Positions 47,294 through 56,982 are shown, counted from the first letter of the stretch. The stretch: DNA of 64,000 nt from Candidatus Micrarchaeia archaeon (GCA_038880755.1 JAVZRC010000001.1:8791-72790), one strand, 5' to 3'. A program made the numbers and translations. The notes: generated by a model from the letters alone, not told the origin.

Positions 47294-48130
47294 ATTTCAA
47301 AAATAATAAGGTATGGAAAGGATCTTGCTATAATCATACCAGAAGAATTAGTAAAAAAGCTTGATCTAAGACCAGACACACCAATTAGAATATATGAGAT
47401 AACTGCGGGAACTATAGCAATTGAGAAAGTAAAACTTCTTCCTTTATCCGAATCAGACATCAACATTTTGAACAAGCTTCTTCAGATTAAATTCGAAGAA
47501 AGAACTCCTGAAGTTGTAAGAAAAACATTCTCTCAAGAAGAATTGAAACTACTTGACGAACTTGTGAAGAAACACCTTGTGAATATTTACTACGGTGGGA
47601 AATATCTAAAGACAGGTGTTTATCAGGTTCCTAACCTTGTTTACAGACAGCTTCTTGAAAAGAGGCAGGAGGCAGCAAAGCCAAAGGAAGGTGTCGAAGA
47701 GAAAGAGCAGGCTGCCCAACCAAAGGAGCAAGAAAAACAGAAGAAGGAATCAAAAGAAAAGAAAGAACAGAAAGAGATCAAAAGAGAGGAGACGGATCCA
47801 ATAAAAAGACTGAATAAGAATGGCTATCTTGTTCTTCAGTCCGAAGCAGATGCAAGAGAGATGTCAAAGCTTCTTGAGGATAAGATTCAGAAAAATCAGG
47901 TTACAGGAATAAGAGGATTCGATAAAAAATATTATCTTGTTAAGAATTCTTTCGTTCTTAAATTTCAATCCAAGATAAAATCAGTATTGAAATCTGGTCC
48001 TAAACAGGCGGACAAAATAGCTGACGCATTAGGCATTGAAGAAGAGGCAGCAATCGCACTTCTCACAGTTTTAAGAGAAGAAGGAGAAATAATAGAAAAA
48101 AGAAAGGGAACTTTTTCTTTGATAGATTGA
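47294..48130 (+). CDS. AbrB/MazE-like N-domain plus C-terminal winged-helix protein (probable ATT start)
   Basis: Frame open upstream of 47468 giving SKIIRYGKDLAIIIPEELVKKLDL; GGTGA 4 nt before ATT 47294; C-terminal wHTH-like IA..LG.......L..L..EG.I. Confidence 0.65.
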   Translation: MSKIIRYGKDLAIIIPEELVKKLDLRPDTPIRIYEITAGTIAIEKVKLLPLSESDINILNKLLQIKFEERTPEVVRKTFSQEELKLLDELVKKHLVNIYYGGKYLKTGVYQVPNLVYRQLLEKRQEAAKPKEGVEEKEQAAQPKEQEKQKKESKEKKEQKEIKREETDPIKRLNKNGYLVLQSEADAREMSKLLEDKIQKNQVTGIRGFDKKYYLVKNSFVLKFQSKIKSVLKSGPKQADKIADALGIEEEAAIALLTVLREEGEIIEKRKGTFSLID

Positions 48131-48298
48131 TTATATCTTGCCAGTAGTTATGTATCTTAGAACAAGAATAGCCACTATAAAGATAGCAGTTATAGCTATT
48201 ACTATTCCGGGTTTAAGTTTTATTCCTCCACCTTCTGCTTCATAGAATCTAAATATACCTGCAGAACCTGCCGGGGTGGATACTGTTTGTTTTGCCAT
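48131..48298 (-). CDS. secG: Preprotein translocase subunit Sec61beta (55 aa)
   Basis: Manual translation MAKQTVSTPAGSAGIFRFYE..GIKLKP plus TM. Confidence 0.92.
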   Translation of the reverse strand: MAKQTVSTPAGSAGIFRFYEAEGGGIKLKPGIVIAITAIFIVAILVLRYITTGKI

Positions 48299-48397
48299 AA
48301 TAATCACTATATTATCTATAAAATCACATATTGTCTAAAAATTTGTAATTATATTATACATCGTCAAGTTTATTAATTATTACGTTCATTTAATTTT

Positions 48398-49471
48398 ATG
48401 AAGCTTTTTTATGAGAGTGATTCCTCCATATTCAAGAATGAGAATGCATTAAGCCTTGAGTATTTGCCGCCAGAGATGCCTGAAAGAGAGACGCAGTTAA
48501 AAGAGTTGGCATCCGCGGTTGCAGCAGCTTCAAAAGGAAAGAGGGGAAGAAATATATTGATAACTGGTCCAACAGGAAGCGGAAAAACAAGTTGTACAAA
48601 ATACGTTCTAAATCAACTAACAGAATTCAGTCAAACACCAATAGCAATATATATAAACTGCTGGAATTTTACAACTTCAAATGCAGTGCTTTCTGAGATT
48701 GCAGAGAGACTTAAGCTACCTCTTCCAAGAAGAGGAATAGCATTTGATGAAATATTCAAGAGAATAAAAGAATATCTAGTTCTAAATAACAAGATTCTAA
48801 TCGTAGTTCTTGATGAGGTTGATAGGCTGATAGCAAACAATTCAACTGAAATATTATATTATTTAAGCAGAGGAGACGAGCTTGCAAACGGCAGGGTTTC
48901 TGTAATTGTTATAAGCAATGACGACGAAATTGCTGCAAAGCTTGATGATAGAATAAGATCCTCTTTATTGGAGTCCAGGATTAAGTTTGAGAAATACAAT
49001 GCATTCCAGCTCAAAAAGATTTTGATGGAAAGGGCAAAGCTGGCATTTTTCTCTTCTGCAATAAGCGAAGAGGCAGTCGCACTCTGCGCAGCAAATGCAG
49101 CAAAGCAAGGCGGAGATGCAAGGGTTGGCATTTCACTTCTTTATCAGGCAGGATTGAATGCAGAAAGAGAAGGATCAAAGAAAGTTTTATTGAAGCATGT
49201 CAAGCTTGCATTAGAAGAGGTAAAGCAAGAAACAGACTTTATATCAAGGCATTTCGATTCTCTTTCAGATCCAGAGAAAAGGATTGTAAATCTTCTTTTA
49301 TCAGGTCCACTCACAAGCGGACAGATATATGAAAAGCTTTCAGATCTAGGTTTGAGCAACAGAATGCTTCAATTCTACATAACAAAGCTAGAGGAATCAG
49401 GCATACTAACTTCAGAGGAGATAGATGTCAAACCCAAAGGAAGAACCAAATTGATATCTATAAGAAAATGA
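48398..49471 (+). CDS. cdc6: Orc1/Cdc6 replication initiator
   Basis: Y.P...P.RE, GPTGSGKT, YINC, VLDEVD, RI.SSL, GDAR; C-terminal wHTH. Confidence 0.93.
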   Translation: MKLFYESDSSIFKNENALSLEYLPPEMPERETQLKELASAVAAASKGKRGRNILITGPTGSGKTSCTKYVLNQLTEFSQTPIAIYINCWNFTTSNAVLSEIAERLKLPLPRRGIAFDEIFKRIKEYLVLNNKILIVVLDEVDRLIANNSTEILYYLSRGDELANGRVSVIVISNDDEIAAKLDDRIRSSLLESRIKFEKYNAFQLKKILMERAKLAFFSSAISEEAVALCAANAAKQGGDARVGISLLYQAGLNAEREGSKKVLLKHVKLALEEVKQETDFISRHFDSLSDPEKRIVNLLLSGPLTSGQIYEKLSDLGLSNRMLQFYITKLEESGILTSEEIDVKPKGRTKLISIRK

Positions 49472-49634
49472 AATTAAGACTAGAAATTCTTAAGAGACAA
49501 AATTTCTGAAATTTAGACGTAATTTTGTTAGATGTCTTTTTCTTTCGAATTGTAATAAATGTCCAGATCACCGGAAATTTACCCTTCCAATTAGTATTTA
49601 AATAGCCTTTGAGATTCTGTTTCGGTGATGAAAT

Positions 49635-49808
49635 ATGATAATGGACATAACAAATATAAGATTGGATGAAGTGAGTGCCATAATGTCAAAGATGGACAAG
49701 TTAGGCATGTCTTCAAAAATAGAGAGAAAGGATGACAAATTCCTCCTTGTTCTGAATGAAAGAAAACAGAGGGATGCGGTTAGAGTTCCAACTCTTTTAG
49801 ATTGGTAA
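49635..49808 (+). CDS. 57-aa hypothetical microprotein ending VPTLLDW
   Basis: Manual translation; GGTGA SD at 49624; TTTAAATA box upstream; preferred over the antisense 83-aa ORF. Confidence 0.65.
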   Translation: MIMDITNIRLDEVSAIMSKMDKLGMSSKIERKDDKFLLVLNERKQRDAVRVPTLLDW

Positions 49809-49903
49809 TTAATAATAGTTTTTAATCCGCATTCCCGCAGTCGCCTCATCCATTTTTTATATTTTATATATAATCGATGTTAATTAGTTGATAATAGATA
49901 TTT

Positions 49904-51004
49904 ATGAAAACAGGCTATACAGACCTTCCATTGCATTACGGAAATGCACCAAAATGGCTTTTTTCTAGGATGGTTGAGTTAAGCAGAATTGTTTATGTTG
50001 CGATTGAAAGAGAATATGGAAAAGATGAGTTCTTGAAAAGAATATCAGACCCATTCTGGTTTCAATGTCTTGCATGTGTTCTTGGTTTTGATTTTCATAG
50101 TTCAGGAACCACTACTGTAACATGTGGTGCTTTGAAGGAAGCATTGTCTATAGAAGAATACGGAATAGAATTTTTGGGTGGGAAGGGAAAGTCTGCAATA
50201 AATATAAAAGAAGAAATCAATCTTTTATCAGATAGAATAAATATTTCGCAAAGCAAGTTGGATTCACTTTTTTATGCAAGCAAGATCTCTGCAAAGGTTG
50301 ATAACTCATTAATTCAGGATGGATATCAGCTATATCATCATTCCTTTATAGTTACAGAAGAGGGAAGATGGGCAGTTATACAGCAGGGTTTGAATAGCGA
50401 TACTAGATATGCAAGAAGATATCATTGGCTTGACGAAAAAGTATCTGATTTTGTCGTAGAACCACATGCAGCAATATGCTGCGATGAAAGCAAAGAGTGC
50501 CTGAATCTGACTGCCTTTGAAAGCGAAGGATCTAGAAGATCAATAGTTGATCTTGTAAAAGAAGCACCAGGAAGATTGATTGCAAAGACAAAAGATCTAA
50601 AACAGACCACTCTTTTAGAATATGGATTTACAATGCAGTCTAGGCATGAAATTGATTTGCATTTGTATCAAAGGCTTATGGATTTGAATGAATTCAATCC
50701 ATCCAAATTCGAAGAGATTATAAATTATCCTGGAGTGGGTCCAAAAACAATCAGAGCCTTGGCATTGCTAAGCGAACTAATATACGGTTCAAAGCCATCT
50801 TGGAAAGACCCAGTAAAATATTCATTTGCACTAGGCGGAAAGGACGGTTATCCCTATCCTGTGGACAGAAAAACTTACGACAATACAATAGAATTCCTAA
50901 ATGATGCAATATTCAATTCGAACCTAAGCGAAAAAGAAAAATTGAATGCTGTGAAAAGATTAAATAATTTATATGCCAATCTATTAGGTCCGGCAATATT
51001 GTAA
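49904..51004 (+). CDS. DUF763 family protein
   Basis: LPLHYG.AP.WL..RM, DPFWFQ...G.D.HSSG.TT, KVDN..IQDGY.LYHH, GGKDG.PYPV. Confidence 0.93.
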   Translation: MKTGYTDLPLHYGNAPKWLFSRMVELSRIVYVAIEREYGKDEFLKRISDPFWFQCLACVLGFDFHSSGTTTVTCGALKEALSIEEYGIEFLGGKGKSAINIKEEINLLSDRINISQSKLDSLFYASKISAKVDNSLIQDGYQLYHHSFIVTEEGRWAVIQQGLNSDTRYARRYHWLDEKVSDFVVEPHAAICCDESKECLNLTAFESEGSRRSIVDLVKEAPGRLIAKTKDLKQTTLLEYGFTMQSRHEIDLHLYQRLMDLNEFNPSKFEEIINYPGVGPKTIRALALLSELIYGSKPSWKDPVKYSFALGGKDGYPYPVDRKTYDNTIEFLNDAIFNSNLSEKEKLNAVKRLNNLYANLLGPAIL

Positions 51005-51042
51005 ATAAGTAATTAAAATTAAATTAGTTATCAGGTGTATTA

Positions 51043-51315
51043 ATGCTTGAATTGGCAGGTATAATCGGAATGATATTAATAGTTTTAGCTTGGATACCCC
51101 AGACATTAAGAACGATCAGGACAAAGAGAGTTGGGGTCGAGCCAAGGTTTCTTTGGTTTTATTTATTTGGCTGTATCGGTCTGATTATATATTCAATTTA
51201 CATTAACGATCCGATCTTTATAGGTTTGAATTCGATATCCTTCTTACTCAATTTAATTAATGTCTATTATTATAGACGTGGTCAATTTCAAAGCAGTTTA
51301 AAAATAAAAGATTGA
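51043..51315 (+). CDS. PQ-loop / SemiSWEET-like three-TM protein
   Basis: AWIPQ..RT..TK plus three TMs. Confidence 0.8.
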   Translation: MLELAGIIGMILIVLAWIPQTLRTIRTKRVGVEPRFLWFYLFGCIGLIIYSIYINDPIFIGLNSISFLLNLINVYYYRRGQFQSSLKIKD

Positions 51316-51432
51316 AACCTAGATAATATAATAATGACTTATAGCAAGATATTTTCATCAAGCATAGGTATTTTTATATCTTTATGATGAATATATAATG
51401 TCGTTTTTTAAACTAAAAAGGACGTTGATTTT

Positions 51433-51825
51433 ATGAAGATTGTTATATCCTATAAAGAAAACTCATATCAAACAGAGATTCCAAAGGAGAAGGAAGCACA
51501 TCTTTACGGAATAAAGATTGGAGACCAGATAGACGGTTCTCTGATAGGTGCTGCAGGTTACACCCTAAAACTTAGGGGAGGTTCAGACAAAGATGGATTC
51601 CCTATGAAAGCTGATTTATTGGGTGGCGGAAGAAAAAGTATTCTTCTGTCTCCAGGAGTAGGTTTTCCAAAAGGCAAGAAAGGAGAAAGAACAAGAAGAT
51701 TAATGAGGGGAAACACAGTAACTGAATCAATAGCACAATTGAATTTCATTGTAGTGAAAGAGGGACCGACTCCTTTAGACCAACTATTCCCAAGAAAAGA
51801 AAAGAAAGAGGAAAAGAAGGAATAG
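51433..51825 (+). CDS. rps6e: 30S ribosomal protein S6e
   Basis: L.GGSDKDGFPM, GER.R...RGN. Confidence 0.96.
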   Translation: MKIVISYKENSYQTEIPKEKEAHLYGIKIGDQIDGSLIGAAGYTLKLRGGSDKDGFPMKADLLGGGRKSILLSPGVGFPKGKKGERTRRLMRGNTVTESIAQLNFIVVKEGPTPLDQLFPRKEKKEEKKE

Positions 51826-51874
51826 TTGTTAATTTTTTATTTACATTTGTTTTTATTACATTTATGGTGTAGAA

Positions 51875-53068
51875 ATGCAGGCAGAGCTTAACATAGGACT
51901 TCTCGGACATGTAGACCACGGAAAGACAAGCATTACAAAGATGCTTACTGGTACATGGACAGATGTCCATAGTATGGAAGTAAAGAGAGGAATCACCATA
52001 AAATTAGGTTATGCTGAAATGACAACTAAGAAATGCGAAAAATGTGATTTTTATACTACTTCTGATAAATGTCCAAAATGCGAAGGAAAAACAATCCCAC
52101 TGAGGAAAATATCATTTGTGGATGCTCCAGGCCATGAAACTTTAATGGCCACAGTAATTTCAGCGTCATCCATACTCGATGGCGCATTACTGATAATTGC
52201 TGCAAATGAGCCCTGCCCGCAACCACAGACAAAAGAGCACAAAATGGTGCTTGAAATATTGGGTGTGAAAAATCTTGTAGTGGTGCAGAACAAGATAGAT
52301 CTTGTTTCAAAGGAAAAGGCAAAGGAACACTATAAGCAAATAAAGGAATTTCTTAAGGGTTCAATTTACGAGAATGCGCCAGTCATTCCCGTAGCAGCAA
52401 ATTATAATGCAAATTTAGATGTTCTTCTTAGAGCAATAGAGGAATACATCCCAACTCCAAAAAGAGACAAATCAGAGAAACCTCTTTTCTTTGTTGCCCG
52501 TTCATTTGATGTTAATAAGCCAGGTACCCCTATCGATAAGCTTGTCGGAGGAGTTGTAGGGGGATCAATAGTTTCCGGAACACTGAAAGTTGGGGATGAG
52601 ATAGAATTAGCACCTGGAATAGTTAGGATTTCAAAGACAAATCCAGAAATAATAAAGACAAAGATAGTGGCAATGTTTGCAGGTTCATCAAAATTGAGCG
52701 AGGCAGGCCCTGGAGGACTTGTTGCTATCCAGACAGATCTTGATCCTTCTTTAGCAAAGGCAGATGGGTTAATAGGTAATGTTATAAGTACTGTCGGGAA
52801 TCTGCCACCATTGCATAATTCACTGAAAATTGAATATTCATTACTAAGTCGTGTAGATTATGAAAATTCAAGCATTAAAGAAGGTGAAATGATTGTAATT
52901 TCAGCAGGAACTGCTACTACATTAGGCGTTGCGCAAAAGGTAAAGAAAAATAAAATGGAAGTTGTACTTAAAAGACCAATAGCAGCTCCAATCGGATCAA
53001 AAATAGCAATATCGAGAAGGGTTAATCAAAGGTGGCGACTTGCAGGTGCAGGTAAAATTCTAGAATGA
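51875..53068 (+). CDS. eif2g: Translation initiation factor 2 gamma subunit
   Basis: GHVDHGKT, RGITIKLGY, Zn knuckle, DAPGHE, QPQT.EH, NKID, RSFDVN.PG. Confidence 0.97.
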   Translation: MQAELNIGLLGHVDHGKTSITKMLTGTWTDVHSMEVKRGITIKLGYAEMTTKKCEKCDFYTTSDKCPKCEGKTIPLRKISFVDAPGHETLMATVISASSILDGALLIIAANEPCPQPQTKEHKMVLEILGVKNLVVVQNKIDLVSKEKAKEHYKQIKEFLKGSIYENAPVIPVAANYNANLDVLLRAIEEYIPTPKRDKSEKPLFFVARSFDVNKPGTPIDKLVGGVVGGSIVSGTLKVGDEIELAPGIVRISKTNPEIIKTKIVAMFAGSSKLSEAGPGGLVAIQTDLDPSLAKADGLIGNVISTVGNLPPLHNSLKIEYSLLSRVDYENSSIKEGEMIVISAGTATTLGVAQKVKKNKMEVVLKRPIAAPIGSKIAISRRVNQRWRLAGAGKILE

Positions 53069-53127
53069 GATAATTTTTATTAATAAAAAAGTGAAATTAA
53101 AAAAAAACAAGAAAAAATTAATTCTAA

Positions 53128-53310
53128 CTAATTCTTATTTTCAGTTTGGATCTTTGTTCTAGTCCACTTAAGTTTGGCAGGTTTTCTTTTAAGTTTGAGC
53201 ATATTCTTCATGCATTTTCCTGAATCAAAATAAAACATAGTGCCGTCAGTTTTTACATACACTAATCCAGATCCTTTCTTTATCTCTTTATTACAGAATG
53301 AACACTTCAT
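53128..53310 (-). CDS. rpl24e: 50S ribosomal protein L24e
   Basis: CSFC...I..G.G..YV..DG...F...KC...KWT. Confidence 0.95.
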   Translation of the reverse strand: MKCSFCNKEIKKGSGLVYVKTDGTMFYFDSGKCMKNMLKLKRKPAKLKWTRTKIQTENKN

Positions 53311-53341
53311 AATAACACCTATAATTTAATCGATCTGATTT

Positions 53342-53659
53342 TTACTTGCTTTTGATTTGCTTTGCCTCTCTTTCAGTATCAACAAGAAGTAATATGTCTC
53401 CTACTTTAACCTGGCCCTTAACATTTCTTCTTATAACTCTTCCTTTGTCTCTACCATCTAATATTCTGCACATCACTTGTCTAACTTCTCCACAAGTTCC
53501 AGTCTTCCCTATTAGTTCTATAACTTCTCCCCTATATCCATTAAGCTGTTGTTGTTCAGTTTGGCTTTGTTGTATCTCTTGCTTTGTGGATGGTGACGTT
53601 TCTTTCTTTTTCGTTTCTTTCTTACCTTCAGCTTTCTTTTCCTCTGCCATTAATATCAC
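53342..53659 (-). CDS. rps28e: 30S ribosomal protein S28e with charged N-terminal extension
   Basis: EVIE.IG.TG..GEV.QV.CRILDG.DKGR.IRRNV.G.V..GDI..L..TEREA. Confidence 0.95.
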   Translation of the reverse strand: MILMAEEKKAEGKKETKKKETSPSTKQEIQQSQTEQQQLNGYRGEVIELIGKTGTCGEVRQVMCRILDGRDKGRVIRRNVKGQVKVGDILLLVDTEREAKQIKSK

Positions 53660-53672
53660 CTTAATACATCAA

Positions 53673-54122
53673 TCATTCTTTTTTCTTTCCTTTCTTTTCT
53701 TTAGCAAGTTTTGTAGGTTTCTGTTCTTTTTCTTCCTTCTTTTCTTCTTTTCCAGAAGCTGGCATTTTCTGACCGAGCTTTACTACAATATCTTCAATTT
53801 CTCCTTTTGCTCCACCAAGATCCTCTATTGCTATTGCTGCACAACTTACATTTATTCCAATAGCCTTTCCAAGTTCTGCTTTTGTTGGAACATATACGAA
53901 TGGAACTCCTTTTTCTTCGCAAAGAATTGGAAGGTGCATTACAATTTCTTCTGGATTAACATCGGCTGCTATTACAACTATCTTTGCCTTTCCAGATTCT
54001 ATCGACTTTGTTGTCTCATTAGCACCTTTTCTTATCTTTCCAGTATCTTTTGCAACGCTCACAGCGTTGATGACTCTGTCTGATATTTCCTTTGGTACTT
54101 CAAATTTAATATAGCTTGCCAT
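53673..54122 (-). CDS. rpl7ae: 50S ribosomal protein L7Ae
   Basis: KG.NETTK.IE.G.AK.V.IA.DV.P.EIV.HLP.LCEEK. Confidence 0.97.
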   Translation of the reverse strand: MASYIKFEVPKEISDRVINAVSVAKDTGKIRKGANETTKSIESGKAKIVVIAADVNPEEIVMHLPILCEEKGVPFVYVPTKAELGKAIGINVSCAAIAIEDLGGAKGEIEDIVVKLGQKMPASGKEEKKEEKEQKPTKLAKEKKGKKKE

Positions 54123-54180
54123 ACTCTCACACCTCTTAGTTCATAGAGTATGCATAATGCATACTTGCATCAAAATGCAA
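54120..54180 (-). promoter_or_regulatory. 5'-UTR kink-turn covering the L7Ae start codon, plus a competing hairpin
   Basis: mRNA CAUACUC-UAU-GA-AC ... GU-GA-GAGUAUG: 7-bp stem including the AUG, 3-nt bulge, tandem G.A pairs. Confidence 0.75.
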
Positions 54181-54271
54181 TAGAACAAATAGATAAATAT
54201 ATTATGTGTTAATCATTTATAATCTTTGCTGTTTTATACTTTCCTGCTTAATTTAAAGATAGCTAGAAATG

Positions 54272-56230
54272 CTAAACAACAAGAAATGCTTCTTTGATAC
54301 CAGGTATCTTTTTAACTTCATCCTTTATTTTTTCAATTTGTTCATTGGAATTATATGCAAGAACTAAATTTATCATTATTCTTTCATCTTTTGTTTCATT
54401 TATATTTATTTTTTTAATTTCAACATGCTGACCCATAATAAGCTTTATTAAATCAGATAACAGTTTAGGTCTATCCTCGCTGACTACATTTATCTTTTGT
54501 AGATATATATTAGTCTGTATTTCCCATCTAGCATTTATTTTTCTTTTAAATTCTGCTGTTTTTTCAAATGTTTTACAGTCTGCTCTATGAATCGTATATC
54601 TACCGTCTTTTGGCGGATAAGTAACAATTTTATCATTGATAGTTGGATTACAACATTTCGCAATATTTATATTAGGTGAATTTATTTGTGCAATTAATTC
54701 TCCATTTTCCATTCTTGCTTTCTTTCCACGTTCAGTTATCGCAACTTCTGGTTCTTTAGTAATATTTTTCTTAGGTCCAATAAGATTTAAAGCTGCTCTA
54801 ATCTTAGCCTTAGCCTTTGAAGTTTTAACTATCCCAAGCCAGTTTACATTAACTTTTTTCTGAGGAGAAGTTAATACTTCAACAATATCCCCATCATTTA
54901 GAACCTGATTAAACGGTACAATTTTTCCGTTTACTTTTATTTTATCCGCATTCAATCCTATAGATGTGTGTAATGCAAATGCAAAATCAAGTGCGGTGGA
55001 TCCATTAGGTAATTCAATCATATCCCCTTTCGGTGTAAAAACTACAACACCTCTTTCAAATAATTCTATCTTTATTCCTTCAATATACTCATTTTCTTCA
55101 GTTATTTGTTTCTGCCATTCTAATAAATTCTTCATCCATTCTATTTTTTTATCGAATTCTTCTTCACTATGACCTTTGTATTTCCAATGCGCAGCTATAC
55201 CCATCTCAGCTATTCTATCCATTTCTTCTGTTCTTATCTGTGCCTCAATGTTATGTCCATTTTCAGTTAAGAAATTTATATGAATTGATTGATACATATT
55301 TGATTTTGGTGATGCAATATAATCATCAAGACTTTCTGGAATTATTTTATAATTTTCACTAATTATCTCTAATATTCTATAGCAGTCACTTATTCTCTTA
55401 GTTATTATTCTTATAGCAAATAAATCCATCAATTGGTCAAAGGTAAGTTCTTTTCTTTTCATTTTCCTATATATTGAATATATGTGCTTTTCTCTGCTCT
55501 TTACTATTACATCTATACCTCTAACTTTGAGCAATTTTTCTATTTCATCTCTTATCCTTTCTGTTTCTTTTTCTTTTCCCTTTCTTTTTTCTTCTAATGC
55601 ATTTTTTATTTGCAAATAAGCCTCCGGTTCCATCACGGAAAGATAAAGATCTTCAAGTTCATTTTTTATTTTTGTTATATTGAGTTTATGCGCGATAGGT
55701 ATATAGATTTCAAATGTTTCTTCTGCCATTCTTTTTTGTTTATGTTCCGGTAAGAATGAAATAGTTCGCATATTATGAAGCCTATCAGCGAGTTTTATTA
55801 TTATAATTCTTACATCTTTACTAAGTACTAAAAGCATTTTTCTTATGTTCTCAGCTTCTGCCTGTTCAAGCTTTAGGAAAGGTATTTTACCTATTTTTGT
55901 TAATCCATCAACTATTTTGGCAACTTGTTCTCCGAACTCTTTTTCAATAGTACTAATAGGTATTCCAACCTCTCTACAAACATCATGAAGAATAGCTGCT
56001 TGAATTGAAATCGTATCATTAAGATAATCTGAAACTATTTCTGCTACAGCTATACAATGCATAACATATGGTTCTCCAGATAGTCTATATTGATTTTTAT
56101 GTGCTATAGATGCAAATTCGACAGCTTTTCTTAATGCATTTATATCTATTTTTTCATTTTCTTTTTTTACTTTTTCAACAAGTTTGTTAAATGCAGTTTC
56201 TATTTCTTCTTCTAATTGCATTTCTATCAC
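54272..56230 (-). CDS. Long RelA/SpoT homolog (HD-SYNTH-TGS-ZFD-ACT)
   Basis: SGEPY..H, KLADRLHNMRT, R.KH.YSI.RKM, DYIA.PK.N.YQS.H, E.QIRT..M...AE.GIAAHWKYK, FTPKG..DFA..H, KCC.P..H..DC. Confidence 0.95.
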   Translation of the reverse strand: MIEMQLEEEIETAFNKLVEKVKKENEKIDINALRKAVEFASIAHKNQYRLSGEPYVMHCIAVAEIVSDYLNDTISIQAAILHDVCREVGIPISTIEKEFGEQVAKIVDGLTKIGKIPFLKLEQAEAENIRKMLLVLSKDVRIIIIKLADRLHNMRTISFLPEHKQKRMAEETFEIYIPIAHKLNITKIKNELEDLYLSVMEPEAYLQIKNALEEKRKGKEKETERIRDEIEKLLKVRGIDVIVKSREKHIYSIYRKMKRKELTFDQLMDLFAIRIITKRISDCYRILEIISENYKIIPESLDDYIASPKSNMYQSIHINFLTENGHNIEAQIRTEEMDRIAEMGIAAHWKYKGHSEEEFDKKIEWMKNLLEWQKQITEENEYIEGIKIELFERGVVVFTPKGDMIELPNGSTALDFAFALHTSIGLNADKIKVNGKIVPFNQVLNDGDIVEVLTSPQKKVNVNWLGIVKTSKAKAKIRAALNLIGPKKNITKEPEVAITERGKKARMENGELIAQINSPNINIAKCCNPTINDKIVTYPPKDGRYTIHRADCKTFEKTAEFKRKINARWEIQTNIYLQKINVVSEDRPKLLSDLIKLIMGQHVEIKKININETKDERIMINLVLAYNSNEQIEKIKDEVKKIPGIKEAFLVV

Positions 56231-56739
56231 TCAGTATTTAGTAATTTTATTATTTCTTCTCCGAATTTCTTTGCGAATTTCGGTCCGCTTGCAGTTATAA
56301 TTTTTCCATCGACTACAACTCCCTCATTTATGAAGTTTGCACCTTTTTGTATCAGATTGCCTTTTTCAGATGGAAAAGCTGTAGCTTTTTTACCGTTTAA
56401 TATTCCTGCGTTAGCAAGGATAGATGGAGCAATGCATATTGCAGCAACAATCATTTTCTTTGCATAAGCATCTCTTGCCAATTTCAATGCACTACTGTCA
56501 TTGAAATAAACAGACGCCCCGATTCCACCAACAAATACTATTGCATTATATTCATCAACTTTCACATTTTCTATATTCTCAGTTGCCTCCGCTGTTCCAC
56601 CAAGCATCCCTTTCAAAATTCCAGCTTTCTTTGATGCCACTGTAACTTCGAATCCTTTCCTTTCAAAGACATCTTTTGGCTCAAGCAACTCTTCGTCTCT
56701 GAAGTTTTCAGGTGCTATTACCATTAATACTCTTTTCAT
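56227..56739 (-). CDS. DJ-1/PfpI family protein
   Basis: FRDEE, FVGG.G, AAICIAP.ILA, ITASGP. Confidence 0.93.
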   Translation of the reverse strand: MKRVLMVIAPENFRDEELLEPKDVFERKGFEVTVASKKAGILKGMLGGTAEATENIENVKVDEYNAIVFVGGIGASVYFNDSSALKLARDAYAKKMIVAAICIAPSILANAGILNGKKATAFPSEKGNLIQKGANFINEGVVVDGKIITASGPKFAKKFGEEIIKLLNTE

Positions 56740-56840
56740 ACAATCACAAATATATTTGAAAATGAAAAATTAAAAATAGACATGTCTCCTTTTATACACA
56801 GTCTAATCTTGATTAATGTGTCAGTAAAAGAAAAACAAAG

Positions 56841-56914
56841 TGCGGCGGCCGGGATTTGAACCCGGGTTGCAGCCTTGGCAAGGCCGCGTCCTAACCAGAC
56901 TAGACTACCGCCGC
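56841..56914 (-). tRNA. tRNA-Gly(GCC)
   Basis: GCGGCGG acceptor; anticodon arm CGGCC-TT GCC AA-GGCTG. Confidence 0.96.
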
Positions 56915-56982
56915 TTGTAATATTTAGTTAAAGGATGTATAAATATACATCTGAGATTTTAAAAACTTATTGAATCGATTAA

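Noticed and set aside
47020-47475. 151-aa minus-strand ORF
   Set aside because: Overlaps the 5S rRNA and is antisense to the AbrB-like coding frame
49472-49620. Replication origin next to cdc6
   Set aside because: AT-rich but no convincing repeated ORB (TCCA...GAAAC plus G-string) motif could be identified by eye
49598-49849. 83-aa minus-strand ORF
   Set aside because: Antisense shadow of the 57-aa plus-strand ORF, which has an SD and TATA-like box
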